Shown: piece after piece, positions 26,100 to 38,900 of the stretch
Layout: each line of letters opens with the position of its first letter
Numbering within the stretch: position 1 is the stretch's first letter
Assembly: GCA_036172245.1 (NCBI GenBank)
Contig: JAYWIR010000032.1
Location: 2,046,001-2,110,000, forward strand
From: Raillietiella orientalis
Lineage: Eukaryota
DNA length: 64,000 nt
Reading direction: 5' to 3'
Notes under the pieces: generated by a model
The model's database searches: none
Told to the model about the DNA's origin: nothing
The model's input: the letters and a program-made list of their open reading frames with translations, nothing else
Program-made: the position numbers and the translations under genes

Positions 26100-27140
26100 T
26101 AGTCAGACAACCCAACGTAGTCCCCCTATGTTGAGACATAACTGGAGACTCAGTGGAGCCCAACGCGTTTCATGACCTTCCCTTGATCCGCGTGATTTTG
26201 GGTTCAGGGAGTCCCATGCTTGATCACACTGAGAGGTTACTTTTCTTCTCGTGCTGGCATTTAACGACGTCTCCCCAGTGAGAATTCCCAACAGGCCTCC
26301 ATCAAGCTCCCATTTTGCCCCTATCCTTCTGGAGGCCTGTCTGCCACTCGACCAGATACTCTTGATGCTTCCACTTGTGGGGTGGGAGTTTTGTCGCACT
26401 ACTGCAAGAGTCGAGAAACCCCTCGGAGGCTGCAAGACAAGCGGCTTGGCGGATGCCGCCACCCCTCGTTTCCGGGAGAAGAGAATCCTTCGTTGGCGCG
26501 ACTTGCTCGGTGTGTCCGCCCCGAAGACTCTTCCCCGTATGTGTGTGAACACTACGGTGGAAACGAGATGCCCTACTGCTCTTGCCATGGGAAATCCTAG
26601 TGCAACCAGCGCAGACACCTGGTTTCCAGGGGAGTTGCCTTCCCGAACTATTCCAGGTGCGGAGTGAAGGAATCGTTCCCGCACCTCCTGTTGAACTGCA
26701 GCGCCTTGGAGGAATTGTGGCGGAGACTCCCTTCGGCGATCCGTCGACTGCAGGACACTGCAACGGACTTGCTGCGACGCTTCTTCACAGAAAGCGGACT
26801 GTAGAAGGGCTCCGTGATCTCAAGAAACGGTCGGATCCGCACCGTAGTGAAGCCCGCCACGTGTTGGAGTCAGGTTCGTGGCGAAGAGAGGCCACCAGCG
26901 TGGCAGCCGCCTTCATGAAGCAGCCTTCACGACTTCAAGGTGATCTCGTCTGCGAGAAGAGGTCATCGGTGAGATCGTCACCACACGCAACTGCTTCTAG
27001 AAAGAAAGGAACGAATAAAACCAAAGACCCCTGTACCCACCTTCCCATCTCTTTTTAATTTATTTATTGTTCCCTCCTTCCCTTTCCTGGCTGCCTCAGA
27101 AGCCAGCCTGCATGCCGGTGGTCATCTTCAATAAAGTTTT
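26100..27140 (+). mobile_element. L1/Tx1-type ORF2 3' fragment plus 3' UTR
   Basis: CCHC finger YSRCGVKESFPHLLLNC (~26650-26700), RRFFTESG, a T-rich UTR and AATAAA at ~27130. Confidence 0.65.
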
Positions 27141-27149
27141 TTTTTTTTG

Positions 27150-27825
27150 GCTTTGCTGAGTACCCAAGATCCGTTCGCCTGGGGGTCCACGAAGCTCTTT
27201 AACTCTGAGCACGCCGCCCGAGGGTGCGTGTTGACTCTTCAAGTTGTAGGGGGTGATCCCGGAGGGACCACGCTATGAATCCAGGAAGGAAGCCGGGAGA
27301 AGGACTCCGTTGCTTTCACGCTTGGAAGGGAACGAAGGAACCCCCAGGGAAAGCCCCTCTTCCTTGTTCTCTCCGGTGGGAGCTACTCCTGGAATTTCTT
27401 CACTGCAGGGAACCTCCACAAGGAAACTTCTCGCTTACTCCTCTGAAGAGAACCCTGAAGGGGTGCTTTCGAATTTCCCCGAAGGGAGAAGTGAGCTTCT
27501 GAGAGTCCAGGGAGGCGACCAGACCTAAGGGGGTGTCAACCAGCTCCATGGAACGCGACAGACGGCCTCATTTTTACAACCGGAAGGAAACTCCGAAGGG
27601 GCTCCCTGTTCCCGGGAATAATCCCAGAGGGTCAGCTTCCAATCCCGGCCGGTCGACGAGGGGTTTCCGACTACGACCAGTGCCCCGCACCCGAAGATAG
27701 GCCATCTAGCGTCATCTTGCGAACACACTCCGATTTCTCGTCGTTGATCCTTCTCTCGGGAGGGATTCGAACCTTCAACGTTTTGCACGTCACGCGAGCG
27801 GAGGCCGCAGCCAACGCGTGCCAAG
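27150..27825 (-). mobile_element. tRNA-like LINE leader copy 5
   Basis: GGCACGCGTTGGCTGCGG...GAAGGTTCGAATCCCTC, monomers and the shared tail motif. It ends in the A-rich tract where it abuts a plus-strand ORF2 3' fragment. Confidence 0.7.
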
Positions 27826-28537
27826 ACACCCCTCTTCTTGAAGTGGCGGGAGTCGGCGACCCTGCTGTTGCATTGAGGCCTCCCGTGTAACGCCCACCAA
27901 AGACCATTGGACACGGGGTGTATGTGGATCCAAACTGTGCAAGGTGCGGAGAGATGGGAATCCCTTCCGCATCTCCCAGTGAACTGTGTTGCCCTCCGGC
28001 CCCTTTAAGAACTCTTTGCCGCGAGCCTTGGAACTTCCGGCAGCAACCCCAGAGATATTCGAAAGCACCTCTTCCTGCGCGACGCCCTCTCGCCGGCCGC
28101 ATCCCTAGCGACACTGGGCTGCCTACACGGGATCGTGGCCGCATGGAGCAACTCTAGAGGCCAGAACGACAGAGATGCCATCTATTTTGCTGTCCTCTTC
28201 ATGAGAACAACGTCAATTTGGCCCCATCTGGAAGTCTCGAAACAGGAACTTGCCGGCATCCTGACAAGGATGCAGAGGACGTCCTCCAGCACCAGTGATT
28301 CCTTCCCGAACTCCACCATCCCCCATTCTTTTGACTGTATGTTTTTGTTTTATTTTATTTTTTCTTTTTGTTTGTCTCCTCCTCCCCTGTGTTGCCGTGG
28401 CAAACCCCGCTGGCCTGCGTGCCAGTTCCCGGCAGGTTCCTCCTCGTAGTTATAAGTGACGTGGCAGGAGTAAACATCCTGCCGCAGACGTATGTGTTTA
28501 TTTTATAAATAAACGCTCAGGCATAGCCGGGTGTCAA
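27826..28537 (+). mobile_element. 5'-truncated L1/Tx1-type LINE with 15-bp TSD
   Basis: DPNCARCGE..SLPHL..NC finger and the structured 3' UTR. Flanked by identical CCAACGCGTGCCAAG at 27811-27825 and 28538-28552. Confidence 0.8.
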
Positions 28538-28619
28538 CCAACGCGTGCCAAGGTACCTACGAACTTGAGGGGGATGGGAGGGGACGTCTCTCTTATTCAA
28601 GGGACGTCGTTCCCCTTTG

Positions 28620-29420
28620 ACTTGGGGTTTATTTTTCAAATGAATGTCCCGGCATGGACGTGGCAAAAATCCCCGTAGCCACCAACCAGGTCCCCGGGAC
28701 CGACTGGCAGCGCGCCTCGGGGAAGCAGTTCCTTGGAATCACTTGGCGAACGCTCCAGCTGGCCACCTGCTTTTGACTCATCAAGGCTTCTTTCTCGTGG
28801 TCGGCGACGTCGCTCCCCGACTCCACGGGCCTGTCATACGTGATGTGACGGGCCTGCCACATAGCGTGTGACAGGCCCGAGGCCTGCGGCAGATTAGTCG
28901 TGGGTCGGCTAGGAATCTCCGAAGGAAAGCTGAATGACACTTTCAAAAGTTCCCGGGGCGGAAACGACCACTCGTGACGGCACGCCACCCCTTCCAACGC
29001 GCGAGGGATCCAGGCCTCCTGCAATGCGGAATGACCCTCCGATCTGGCCTCCGCCCTCTGACGGATTAACCACACAGCTGACCTGGCAGCTGCGACCACT
29101 TCGGACACGAAGACAAGCGGATTTCTCCTCTTTCGGGTTTGTGTGCTGGGCTTGCATAAGATCTCCCACCCCACCCCACCCCTACACATAGCGGCAGCCG
29201 CCGCTCCGACCACTTGACCGGGTCTCTCGAACCTTGCCTGAGGGATCGCGAAATCCTTTTCCTGCCTCTGCGGTCGCCGTTCCCTTTTCGGCTTGGCTCC
29301 GGAGCGCCGAAAACGGCTCTCGATGTCATCCTGCAGCTCAGGAGTGTGGCTGCGGCCACATTTTTGAGAGGGTGACCACGCCGGGATTACCAAACCGGTA
29401 AGGGCATGGCCTGCATCACA
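28620..29420 (-). mobile_element. L1/Tx1-type ORF2 thumb-region fragment
   Basis: AMCRGGVGWE (GGLG-like) motif in the 264-aa pseudo-ORF, with composition like neighbouring remnants. Confidence 0.35.
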
Positions 29421-29499
29421 CAAAGACTTCTTGCCGGAAGGAAGGTCCAGGGACCGCTTCCTCTTTTTTATTCACTTCCCGTCTCTTTCACATACGAAA

Positions 29500-30169
29500 T
29501 CCCGGTCATTCTGTGAGCTCCTATCCTTATGGGATGAATGCGATTGGGGCCTCCTGTGCAGAGCCCGCCTCCATCATTGGACACGAGGGAGTGTGGATGC
29601 CAAATGCGAAAGGTGTGAGGAGGAGAGAGACCCTCGCTCACCTGCTACTGGAGTGCGCCGCCCTCCAAACCCTTTGAGATCGCTTAGTGACGACCTAGAA
29701 ACCACGGTTGGCGGCCTCAGGGACATTTTCAGACGCCTCTTCGTGCCTGTGGCATTGCCATCAGCAGCGTCCCTCGCGGTTCTCTGCTGTCTTGGTGGGA
29801 TCACGGCGTCCTGGAGCGCGGGAAGAAGAGACCGAAATGGGACGCCATCCACTGCACAAGAATCCTTTTGAGGACCTCCGCGAGATGCACCCACCTGGGC
29901 AGGATGCAGAGGACGCCTCGCAGCGAGAAGTGATCCATTCCACGGTGTCGCCCCCTCCTTGCCGATGAAAACTTTCCCGTCCTTTCTATCGTTTGCTCAT
30001 TTTCGCTCCCGGTTTTCCCTTCCTCTTCCATAGAAGACCTCGCCGGTCTGCATACCGATAGCAGGTTCTGCAGGTTCAGTGCACGTGATAGAAGCACGTG
30101 TTCCACCACAGAAATGTACTCTCCCTATTATTGTTGATAATAAATGCCACGGCACAACCGGGAGAAAAA
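29500..30169 (+). mobile_element. 5'-truncated L1/Tx1-type LINE 3' end
   Basis: LHHWTRGSVDAKCERCEE..TLAHLLLEC and RRLFVPVA, then 3' UTR hairpins, AATAAA and terminal CCGGGAGAAAAA. Confidence 0.75.
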
Positions 30170-30511
30170 CCTACATGTGCCGTCCCGAAACGAAGGGAAT
30201 CATCCACGCTGGGGACAGAACTGAGGAGAACTGGAGAGAGAGAGGTGAAGGTAAAGGAGGAGGTCGGGAAATCTACAGGAGCGGGATGGATCGGCCTGAC
30301 GATACTCGGCACGATTCCCGTGATGCCCTGCGTCAGGCAGGAAAGGGATGGCAGGGTGGGCGCGTCCACCGCAGCCTTCCCAAATCGTCCGGAGTTCACT
30401 TGCGCCTCGCGTTCCAGATCGGACGATTCTCGCGACCTCTCGCGTTCAGGAGACGGCCACCGGGTGGACGCCCTGCCCCGGCATGATGACCGCGCACTTC
30501 CTTCACTTTGG
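30170..30511 (+). mobile_element. Tx1-type ORF1 fragment sandwiched between two tail-to-tail LINE 3' ends
   Basis: LGTIPVMP...AAFPNRPEFTCAS...GDGHR resembles the pre-knuckle/knuckle region of ORF1. Confidence 0.35.
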
Positions 30512-32100
30512 TTTATCACTCGGTCACACCGGGACATTTATTATAAAAAATAAACATACATGTGTAGGGCCATCGGCCCTAAATCGTCCGAAAATGCTCG
30601 GAACCTGCCGAATTACCTGTACTTAGGCCGGCGAGGTTCGCCTTGGCAGAGAAGGGTGAAGGGGCAAGCAAAATTAAAAATAAAACAAAAAAATATTTAA
30701 AAAGAAAATTGGGAGAGTTATTGAAAGGATCACCAGGTGCTGGAGGGCGTCCTCTGCATCCTTTCCAGAATGCTGGCAAGTTCCATCCGAGTATGTGCCA
30801 GGTGGGGCCATCTGGCTGCCGTCCGCAGGAACCGCAGGGAGAAGAGCACCCTGGAGCCCCTGTCGTGTCGTCCTCATCTCGCGTAGCTCCAGACCGTCAC
30901 GATCCCACGTAGGCAGCATCAAAGAGCTGCTAGAGATGCGGCAGGCGAAAGGGAGTCACGCACGAAGAGGCGTTTCATCACGTCCATGAGATCGTCCGTC
31001 GGTGCACCAAGGGCCGTTGCATAGCGCAACCACAGGGGCCGAAGGACAACACAGTGCACGGGCAGATGCGGGAGGAATTCCCGTTCCCCGCACCTGCAGC
31101 AGTTTGGGTCCACATCCTCCCGCGTCCAGTGAGAGCGGCAGGAGTAGCACGGGAGACCCCAGTGCAGCAGCAGAAGTGCCGACTCCTGTTACTTCAGTGG
31201 GAGGACCCAAGAAGTTGTTGTTCTTTAGCGCGGAGTCCACTCGAGATCTTCCTGTGGGATTCCCAGCAGCTCACCCCAGCGCAACAGTTATTTCAGTGGG
31301 GCACTTGGAGTCGCAGCGTCTGTGAGCTGATCCGTGGTCCAACGACCTAGTTCCCTAGTCTTCTGATTGAATTTGCAACTGACTTCCCATTTGACCGGCT
31401 GGTTACTGCCCAGATTCTTCCTGAGGGAGGGCAGTGCCGCGGCTAGGGTGGTTCTTTGCTCCAACGTGGTGCGCTGCGCAATCACGTCCTGCAGCGAGAG
31501 GCTGTTGTAGAAGGAGTGCAGCAGCCGCTGCCTCCACTTTGGCGGTCACCGTCGCGCGCACGTGGCAGGTTCCCCAGTTTCTGGAACGGGCAGGGTTCCC
31601 ATCGTCCTGCATTGGGAGTGCACCCCTCGGAAGCTCTTCTCCATGGTGACGTTCCAAGGGGAGCTGTAGTGTACCAGCAAGATAACGTTCTGCTTTCTCC
31701 AGGCGTGACCGGGTCAGCAGGCGTGTACTCCCCTCGAGAATCAACTGCAGGTAGGAGCACATGCTCGGAGAGCTCCACCTCCATCTTGTGTTGCATCAGC
31801 GGAACAGGAGGTTATCCCGGATACGAAGGGAAAACAGCTGTCAGCAGCGGCGAGGCGAGCTTCTTCGAGGCCCTACTCACGGGAGGACGAGTGGTCAGGA
31901 AATGACTGCTTGGTCGCGGTAAAGAAAAAAGACGCCTTCCCTACTTCCGCAACATCTGCTCGCGGACGCACGTCCCTGCTCGACAACCCTTCCCTCCCTT
32001 CGTCTATAAATATTTTCCTTTCATTATTTTCAGCAACGGCACGTCTCCCTACTTGGCCGAATCGCGGCGCGGATGATGATAATACTCCTTGATTAACGAC
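30512..32100 (-). mobile_element. L1/Tx1-type ORF2 3' fragment plus 3' UTR
   Basis: DPNCCRCGEREFLPHLPVHC and KRLFVRDS. The UTR has the AACCTCGCCG...CGGCAGGTT hairpin, AATAAA and a CCCGGTGTGACCGAGTGATAAA end. Confidence 0.75.
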
Positions 32101-32199
32101 ATCCGGCAGGAAACCCGCTTCCGGCATCCTTTGCTTGCTCCTTGGAAACAATCGCTCTGGTGCGACCGCGCGTGGACCGCTTTCCCATGATGCTTTGTT

Positions 32200-32873
32200 T
32201 CAAGTCGGGTTGTCTCTAAAGTGGCCGGAGTTGGCACTTTTCTGTTGCACTGGGGTCTTCCCTGCAACTCCTGCCGACACCACTGGACACAGGAAAGTGT
32301 GAGCTCGGAATGTCGCTGGAGTGGGAATCCCTCTCACTCCTTCCTGTGTTGCCCTCCGGTACCTATGGGAACCTTTTGGAGCGACCCTGGGGATCCCGGC
32401 AGGCAACCCCAGGGACGTTTCTAAACTCCTTTTCTTCGCGCGGGAGGCCTTCCCTGGCAGTTCTTTGCTGCATCCACGGAATTGTGGTGGTCCGGAGCTC
32501 GCCGTTCGCCTTCCGCGGGTGGCAGCCAGATGGCCACACCTGTGCTCTATGTAGGCAGGCATCCTGGAAACAATGCAGTGGACTCCCTCCAGTGGACAGT
32601 GATCCCTTCCCGGCTCTCCAAGTTTCATTCTGTTTTTTTGTATTTATTTTTTTTTGTATTTATTTTTTTTTGTATTTATTTGATTAAGTTTTATTCTATT
32701 TTTCTTTTTGTTTTTCCCTTCCCCTCCGCTGCCAGGATGAACCTCGCCAGTCTGCATACTGGGAACCCGGCAGGTCCGATGTTTAATTTAAGCGTGGTAG
32801 GACCACGTGTTCTGCCACAATGTTGTGAGCTCATTGTTTTATTCCAGTAAACGGCCCGGCGTGACCGATGTCA
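32200..32873 (+). mobile_element. 5'-truncated L1/Tx1-type LINE 3' end
   Basis: HHWTQESVSSECR..G..SH..LCC finger and KLLFFARE, with the same 3' UTR hairpins (32740-32870). Confidence 0.7.
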
Positions 32874-33060
32874 CCGTTGCGAGCAGGTAAATGATACATC
32901 GCGTCAAAGTGTGCTTTCGCGGCTTGCTGAAGTTTTCCGCCCTCGACTGACCACCCTACAGGTTACCCCTATTGCACCAGTTCCCAAATTAGCGAGCTAG
33001 TCCACATCCGCGTCTGTGCTGGTTTGCTCATTGGTAAATAAGAGGCCCAACCTATATTTA

Positions 33061-33910
33061 CTTCCGGAGAACTTCCGGCAAGGTGTAAAGTGCCCTGCTG
33101 CATTGCAGGAAGAAATAAAAAGCTAAGTGCGTGGACAGCTCAGCAGCTCACGGATGCTGCGACCCCGAGTGTTCCGCTAAAAGGGCTTTTACGCTGGGGA
33201 GAGCTGCCCGCGATCCCTCCGGAGGAAAAGTAGCCTCCAGCGTATTGAAACAGTGGCACCCTCCCCCTCAAGTGGCAGGAATCGGCGTTGCTAGTGTTGC
33301 ATTGGGGATTCTCATGCAAAGCATGCCTTTATCACTGGACACGGGAGAGTGTCGATGCCAAATGCGACAAGTGGGGCGAGAAGGAGGCCTTCCCGCACCT
33401 CTTGCTAGGCTGCACTGCCCCCGACCCCTTTGAGATCGTCTCAGCGATCCTAGGAATCCCGGTGAGCAGCCCCAGGAACGTTTCTCGACGCCTCTTCTTG
33501 CGTGCCTCTCTGCCGACTTAGCAGTTCTCTGCCGTGTCCGCGGAATCGTGGCAGCCTGAAACGCGGAAAGAGGAGGCAAGGATGGCAGGGACGTTGCCCA
33601 CTGGTAGGCAACCTTCTTGAAGACCGCCTGCTTGACCAGCAAAATAGAACTTTTCAGCTTCCTGGATAGGATACAGAGGGCGTCTCCCAGCCACATGTGA
33701 TCCCCGTCCTTCCCTCCCGAGAAAACTCTTCTTCCGTTTTTTTGCTTTTTGTTTGTTTTCCCTTTTCCGTAACGGTGGAAACGGTCCACGTACCGGTAGT
33801 GACAGGTTTCAAGCACGTGGTGTTTCAAGTGTTCTACCACTCTATTGTTATTGACACGCCTTTCGTTGATATTTTCGTAATGAATGCCCCATCAAAACCG
33901 GATGAAAAAC
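33061..33910 (+). mobile_element. 5'-truncated L1/Tx1-type LINE with 11-bp TSD
   Basis: LYHWTRESVDAKCDKWGEKEAFPHLLLGC and RRLFLRAS. Flanked by ACCTATATTTA at 33050-33060 and 33911-33921. Confidence 0.75.
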
Positions 33911-34899
33911 ACCTATATTTATGTTTTCTTGGGCGGGCGCATATTTCGATGCTTGCAAAAGATACTGCACAAAAGATAGATAGGTAGATAGACCAAACAG
34001 ACAGACGTTGGTGCTTGACTACAGCCAAGAGGCAGAGTGGCGCTGCAAACCTCAATCAGGGTTCACGCCACTACGCGTATTCGCCTGCCCAACCCCGCAT
34101 GAGACCCTCTTTGAGTGACAGTGGCCTCACCCAGTCCCCTTAACGTCTCTTTGGGTACCCTGCTTGAAGTGCCCCTGTCTACCTACAAAGGCGGGACCAT
34201 TTCTTCTTCCAAGCATCCCCATGCGCATCCGGAGAGAAGGCTCTTTCAATTAGGAAAGAGTACTCTCTACACCACGTTCCCAAATAATCAGATGACCTCC
34301 TACCGACGTGATTGGGAAAGACCTTTGCCTGTGCATCCCCCCAGCGTGGAATGCAGCTCGAACGGGCAGAGGCTGTGTTTGGCTGCCAGGGTCGCAATTC
34401 CGCCGAATGTCCATGTCATGTCCATGAATAACTGTCATGTCCATGTTCCTGAAATACTGAAGCGATGGGTTTCTTTTTTGTGAGTGTTTTCCACAATGCA
34501 CTTTCAGCTGTGAAGCATGAATTATGATCTCTTCGGTTTAAGAAGCCCTTCTGTCTATTTTCTTTCTTAAAATGGGCATGCCCCATTTCCCCCCCCCCCC
34601 CCCCCCCCCAATTCTTGCTCAGAAATGTTACCTCAGAAATCCGCTTCTTGAGCAATAATTCCTAGTTTCCTGATTTGCTCTTACCTTTATAAGTCAATCC
34701 TCTGCAAAGGGAAAACCCTTTGCCTCCAGCGCGTGAACCGCCAATCAGAAGTCGGCATCGGAGTAACGCAACACGATGCCCAAAGCTTCCGAGTTCTTTC
34801 AGAGATCTCTGATCCCTTTGAGTCCAACGGAAGCCATTCTTAAAATGCGGGAAAGTGCTTGCCCGTGTTCGGGCTTTCCACCCACATTTGTTGTCTGCA

Positions 34900-35935
34900 A
34901 AGTGTGCCAAAGGAAAGTGGACACCACTTTCCTCGACCGATTTGGCATCTCAAGACTCCCAGCTTGACTTTCCGGTACCTCTTTCTGGAGTAGTGTACAT
35001 CGGAGCGTACCAATTCTCTGCCCATGCTGCGACGAGCGGCAGGGAATGCTCCCGGAGGAACTTTGGTCCCTACGCTATGTCTTCAGACATCCTTTGGGGG
35101 CGGTGATGCAGGATTCGACGGAGTGGTCCGCCCTGATCGCCACACTCCTTGCTGCAGCGCTGTCCGACCTTCAGGGCAGAAGGCTGAAAGGCGCGCGAGT
35201 TGGCGGATGCTGCCACTCTGCGTATCCAGGTGAAGCAGTTCCTTCGGCCGCCCGAACTGTCAAGTGCCGTTCCCTTGTGGTTCCTCCTCAGCGTCTCAAC
35301 ACTTCCGTATTCCCTGTAGCATGGAAGCAGGTTGTGTTACTGCTTCTGCGTTGGGAATCCCAGGCCCCCTCGTCTTTGCAAGGGTTGCACCCTCAAACTG
35401 TAGCAAGTGAGGGGGGTCGGTCACGAGCACCCGCTTTTGGACTGCGACACCCTTCAAGAACTGTGGCAGAGGAGGCTGGCATCAGCTCTCCTGCTCCAGG
35501 AGGACGCCGTCCGCAACCTTTTGCAGCGGTTCTTCGTGTCCGACGGACTCTCAGCTGGCGCAGTGGTCGCGCGACGACATGTTATGTCCGCGCCGTCATC
35601 ACGGCCACCATTAGCTCGAGACGCGAGTGCAGCGAAGGGGGGTCGCCGTGATGGCAGTCACCTGCATGAGGACGGCCGCAAGGTGACGTCACCTGGAAGA
35701 AGTTGCCAGAGAGGTTCTCCGGCATTCAGCGACGGTTCTAAAAAGAAGACCCACCCTTTCTTTATTTAATTGTTTGTTGTCCTCTCCCTTCCGTTCCCTA
35801 TTTTCAGATGTCCCGACCTGTGTTTCGGTTGGCCCTCCCCTTGAAATTCTTTTGCCTTCGGTCGGGAACCAGCGTGTTCCCAACTGGTTCGTTTTCCTTC
35901 TATTAAATGAACTTCCCGCCGTGACCGGGTGATTA
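34900..35935 (+). mobile_element. L1/Tx1-type ORF2 3' fragment plus 3' UTR
   Basis: NCSK.G..GHEHPLLDCDTLQELW...QRFFVSDG, a T-rich UTR and terminal CCCGCCGTGACCGGGTGA. Confidence 0.65.
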
Positions 35936-38900
35936 GTCTCCAGGCTCCCTCACGCAGTCGCTTAGGAATCCTGTGAACCCCAGAATTCGGCTCACTGATG
36001 CGGGAGCTCTTCTAGTGCTGAAGCGGCTGTCCTCTGTGATCACTCCCTTTGCGTTGCCTAGTCCCTTGCGCATTGGTGCGCGAGCACGCTCCATCTTTGC
36101 TGCGGAAGCCAGGAAGAGAAATGCACAAGAGGTGCCGCGCCGAATTCTAAATGCTACTTCAGCGCTTAGACAAGCAGGGCGTTCAGCACGGTACAGGATC
36201 AGCACGATCGTGGTCTTCTTCGTACGGAAGAGAATCTGGCACTGGCAGCAAACGATAGGGTTCCCTGATATCAGGGGACCTATATCGGAAGAACAAACAT
36301 ATGGTCTAAGCCGAAGCTCAAGCATAGATGCATGGTCCGTTCATTGAGAAATAAGCGAGAAGTCTGCAGGAATACGAAATCGCTGCACAGGCGTGCCTGT
36401 TCCAATGAATCATAACTGCGAATTCATAGTCGTGTCCTTCTCCAGCACGGCAAATTCAACACGCAAGCAGATCCTCTGCACAGGGATTGTGGACGGGATT
36501 GTAGAGCCACAGAGCTGCGCATGAAAGCAGTTCTGGAACCTGGATGAAAGCAGCAGCACACACGTGCTGGAGCAACCGTCTGGGTACAGAAATCATTACC
36601 TCAGTTTTATTTGTTTGGAATCCAACAGCACGCTCACCACGGTGAACGTGACAGACACACCCGAAAGCAGCTCTGATTTCCTGACTCCCGGTTCACCACA
36701 CTCTCCAAATACTTCATCGCGCACACAACGCCACTCACACGGTGGACCGCAAGAATACAATCAGGTAGCCTTCTGGCTGAGTTCCCATGCCGATCGCCAT
36801 TGCTCTTGGAAATGTACCGCCACCATCGCGCAAAAAGTCTACAGGCACCAAGAACACGGCTGTCTTTCTCCTCGCCGTCGACGTGGGCATTTTTCCGCCT
36901 TCGGAGAAAACTCAATACGTTCGCGATGGATGTACGCGCACGGACCAACAACCAACCTCTCAAAAGCGAGTCCCGATCAAAGCCACGTTGTTCGCACTGA
37001 ATAGCAACCGCGATCCTGATAAACGCAGGTATGACGCAGGTATGGGCAATCTTCCACTGCATGATTCATCTGCCGATGTTTCTGCTCTGGAAATCTCATT
37101 CTGCCGACTCATTCTCTGGAGCGCCTACGACTCCCGTGACGTAGCCGAGCTTCAGTGCTGACGTTTCATATCGCGACACAGCTCATGGAGACACGAGATG
37201 GATTCGAAGGGCTGAGACGATAGCCGGGCACCTCGGGAATCCTCATAGCCGAGGTGATTACGGGAACGCAAATGTTTTTTCCCCTCGTTTGCTCAGGCAA
37301 CAGTCACAAGCGCTCCCTGCTCTTGCTCGCAGTTGTGGTGCAACCCTGCTTTGAGCACGTGAGAACAAGTGCAAGCATCCCAACAGGCAAATATGACCTC
37401 AGACCAGTTCGCATAATCTGGAAGCAGGGATGGCATTCTGCTCTGATTGTATAATCTCAGCAGGAATCCTCTGGCATTCTGCTGAGATTATGAATACTGC
37501 AATGCTAGAGCATTTCTGCCGTGGCATTCCTACTGAGCTTATGAAAACAAAGACCGCGGTTCCACGTGCACCAGGTACATTCGAAAAACAGCGATCTCGC
37601 TTGTGGCTTTACAGTTCCTTTTGGTACAGTTGAAACGTCTTTTCGAATGCATCTCCACAGAGACTGTCCTCGGATCCCACTGAATCTTGAAAACACTTCA
37701 AATGGAAGACCACCTGGTTTGTAGCTGATTCGCTGGATGCGCAGAATCCACATGCAAGAATCTGCACAACCGCATGCCATGATTTGAGATGGGATGCGAT
37801 TGCACCGATTCACTGCTTGCCTTTGTGATACACCCCAGAAGTCAACTAACCTAAGACTACACTGCGTTCGCCCTCCGTTTGCTGCGAGCGAATATCTCTG
37901 CAAACCAAGGATCAACCGACTTTTCCCTATCCCTTGGGTGCAATCGGGTGGTGACTTGTGCCATTTCATGTGCCGTTCATTACGTTTCGTCCATCTTTTT
38001 TTTTTTTTTTTTTGCACTTCCAACGGTTCCTTACTCTACATTTCTCTCAAGAATCTTCATGATCTTCCACTTTTCTTGGAAAGCTTAGAGCAAATGTGTA
38101 CCTTTGCTTAAGATTCACCTGAATTACTACGGATGTCACGACGCTTTCATATTTTTCTCTCTCTCTGCCACTCTTAAAGGAGAAGCATGCGGCAATATTT
38201 TCAAAGACGAAGCTGAGATCGTTCATTTTCTCTCCCCACCAACAATTTAAGAATGCCAAATGACATTTGAAGTATCAGGAATCTCATTTCTTATCTGCGC
38301 TTTCCCATCTCACAGACAGCGTCGTACGAATCCGTTTTCCGTGATTACGGTGTCCTCAGTTCCCACTCTGCTTGAAATCGGGTCAAAAGAGCGACGCTTT
38401 CTCGTACAGGTTCCATTCTCATGGGTCAATGTAAGGATCGTTCGCGGGTTTTCAAGTTGCTTCTAGCGACGCGAATAGCAACAATGGAGAGGGCGACCAT
38501 TGTCGCGAGCCCTACCCATTAGCGAAGCGAATCGCGACAATGGCGGGGGATGACCATTGTCGCGCGTCTGAAGCAGCAAGAGACTTGGCCTATGTAAGGC
38601 GCGACCTATCCGGAACTGACAACACATTTCAAACTGCATCACTTTGCCGAAAACACTCGACACCCCGAAAAATCGCACGCGAGCACACAAACAGTCACTC
38701 AGCTTCCGAGATCTCCCTGCTGCACCTTGTCTTTCTTCCGGGAGATGCAAACCGAAACCACGGTGCTGCTCGGCACGCGTCCCTAAGTGGCTCTCCGTTC
38801 GTAGTAAACCCTGAAGCATTCTTGCAGGTGGTCCTGACCATCTTCCCCAACACCACGTCTTCGCCAAGCTCGGTTAAGACGCAGGGAATCTGTGGGCGGT

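Noticed and set aside
38476..38564. CRISPR-like repeat-spacer array
   Set aside because: Only two units, eukaryotic context, and no cas genes.
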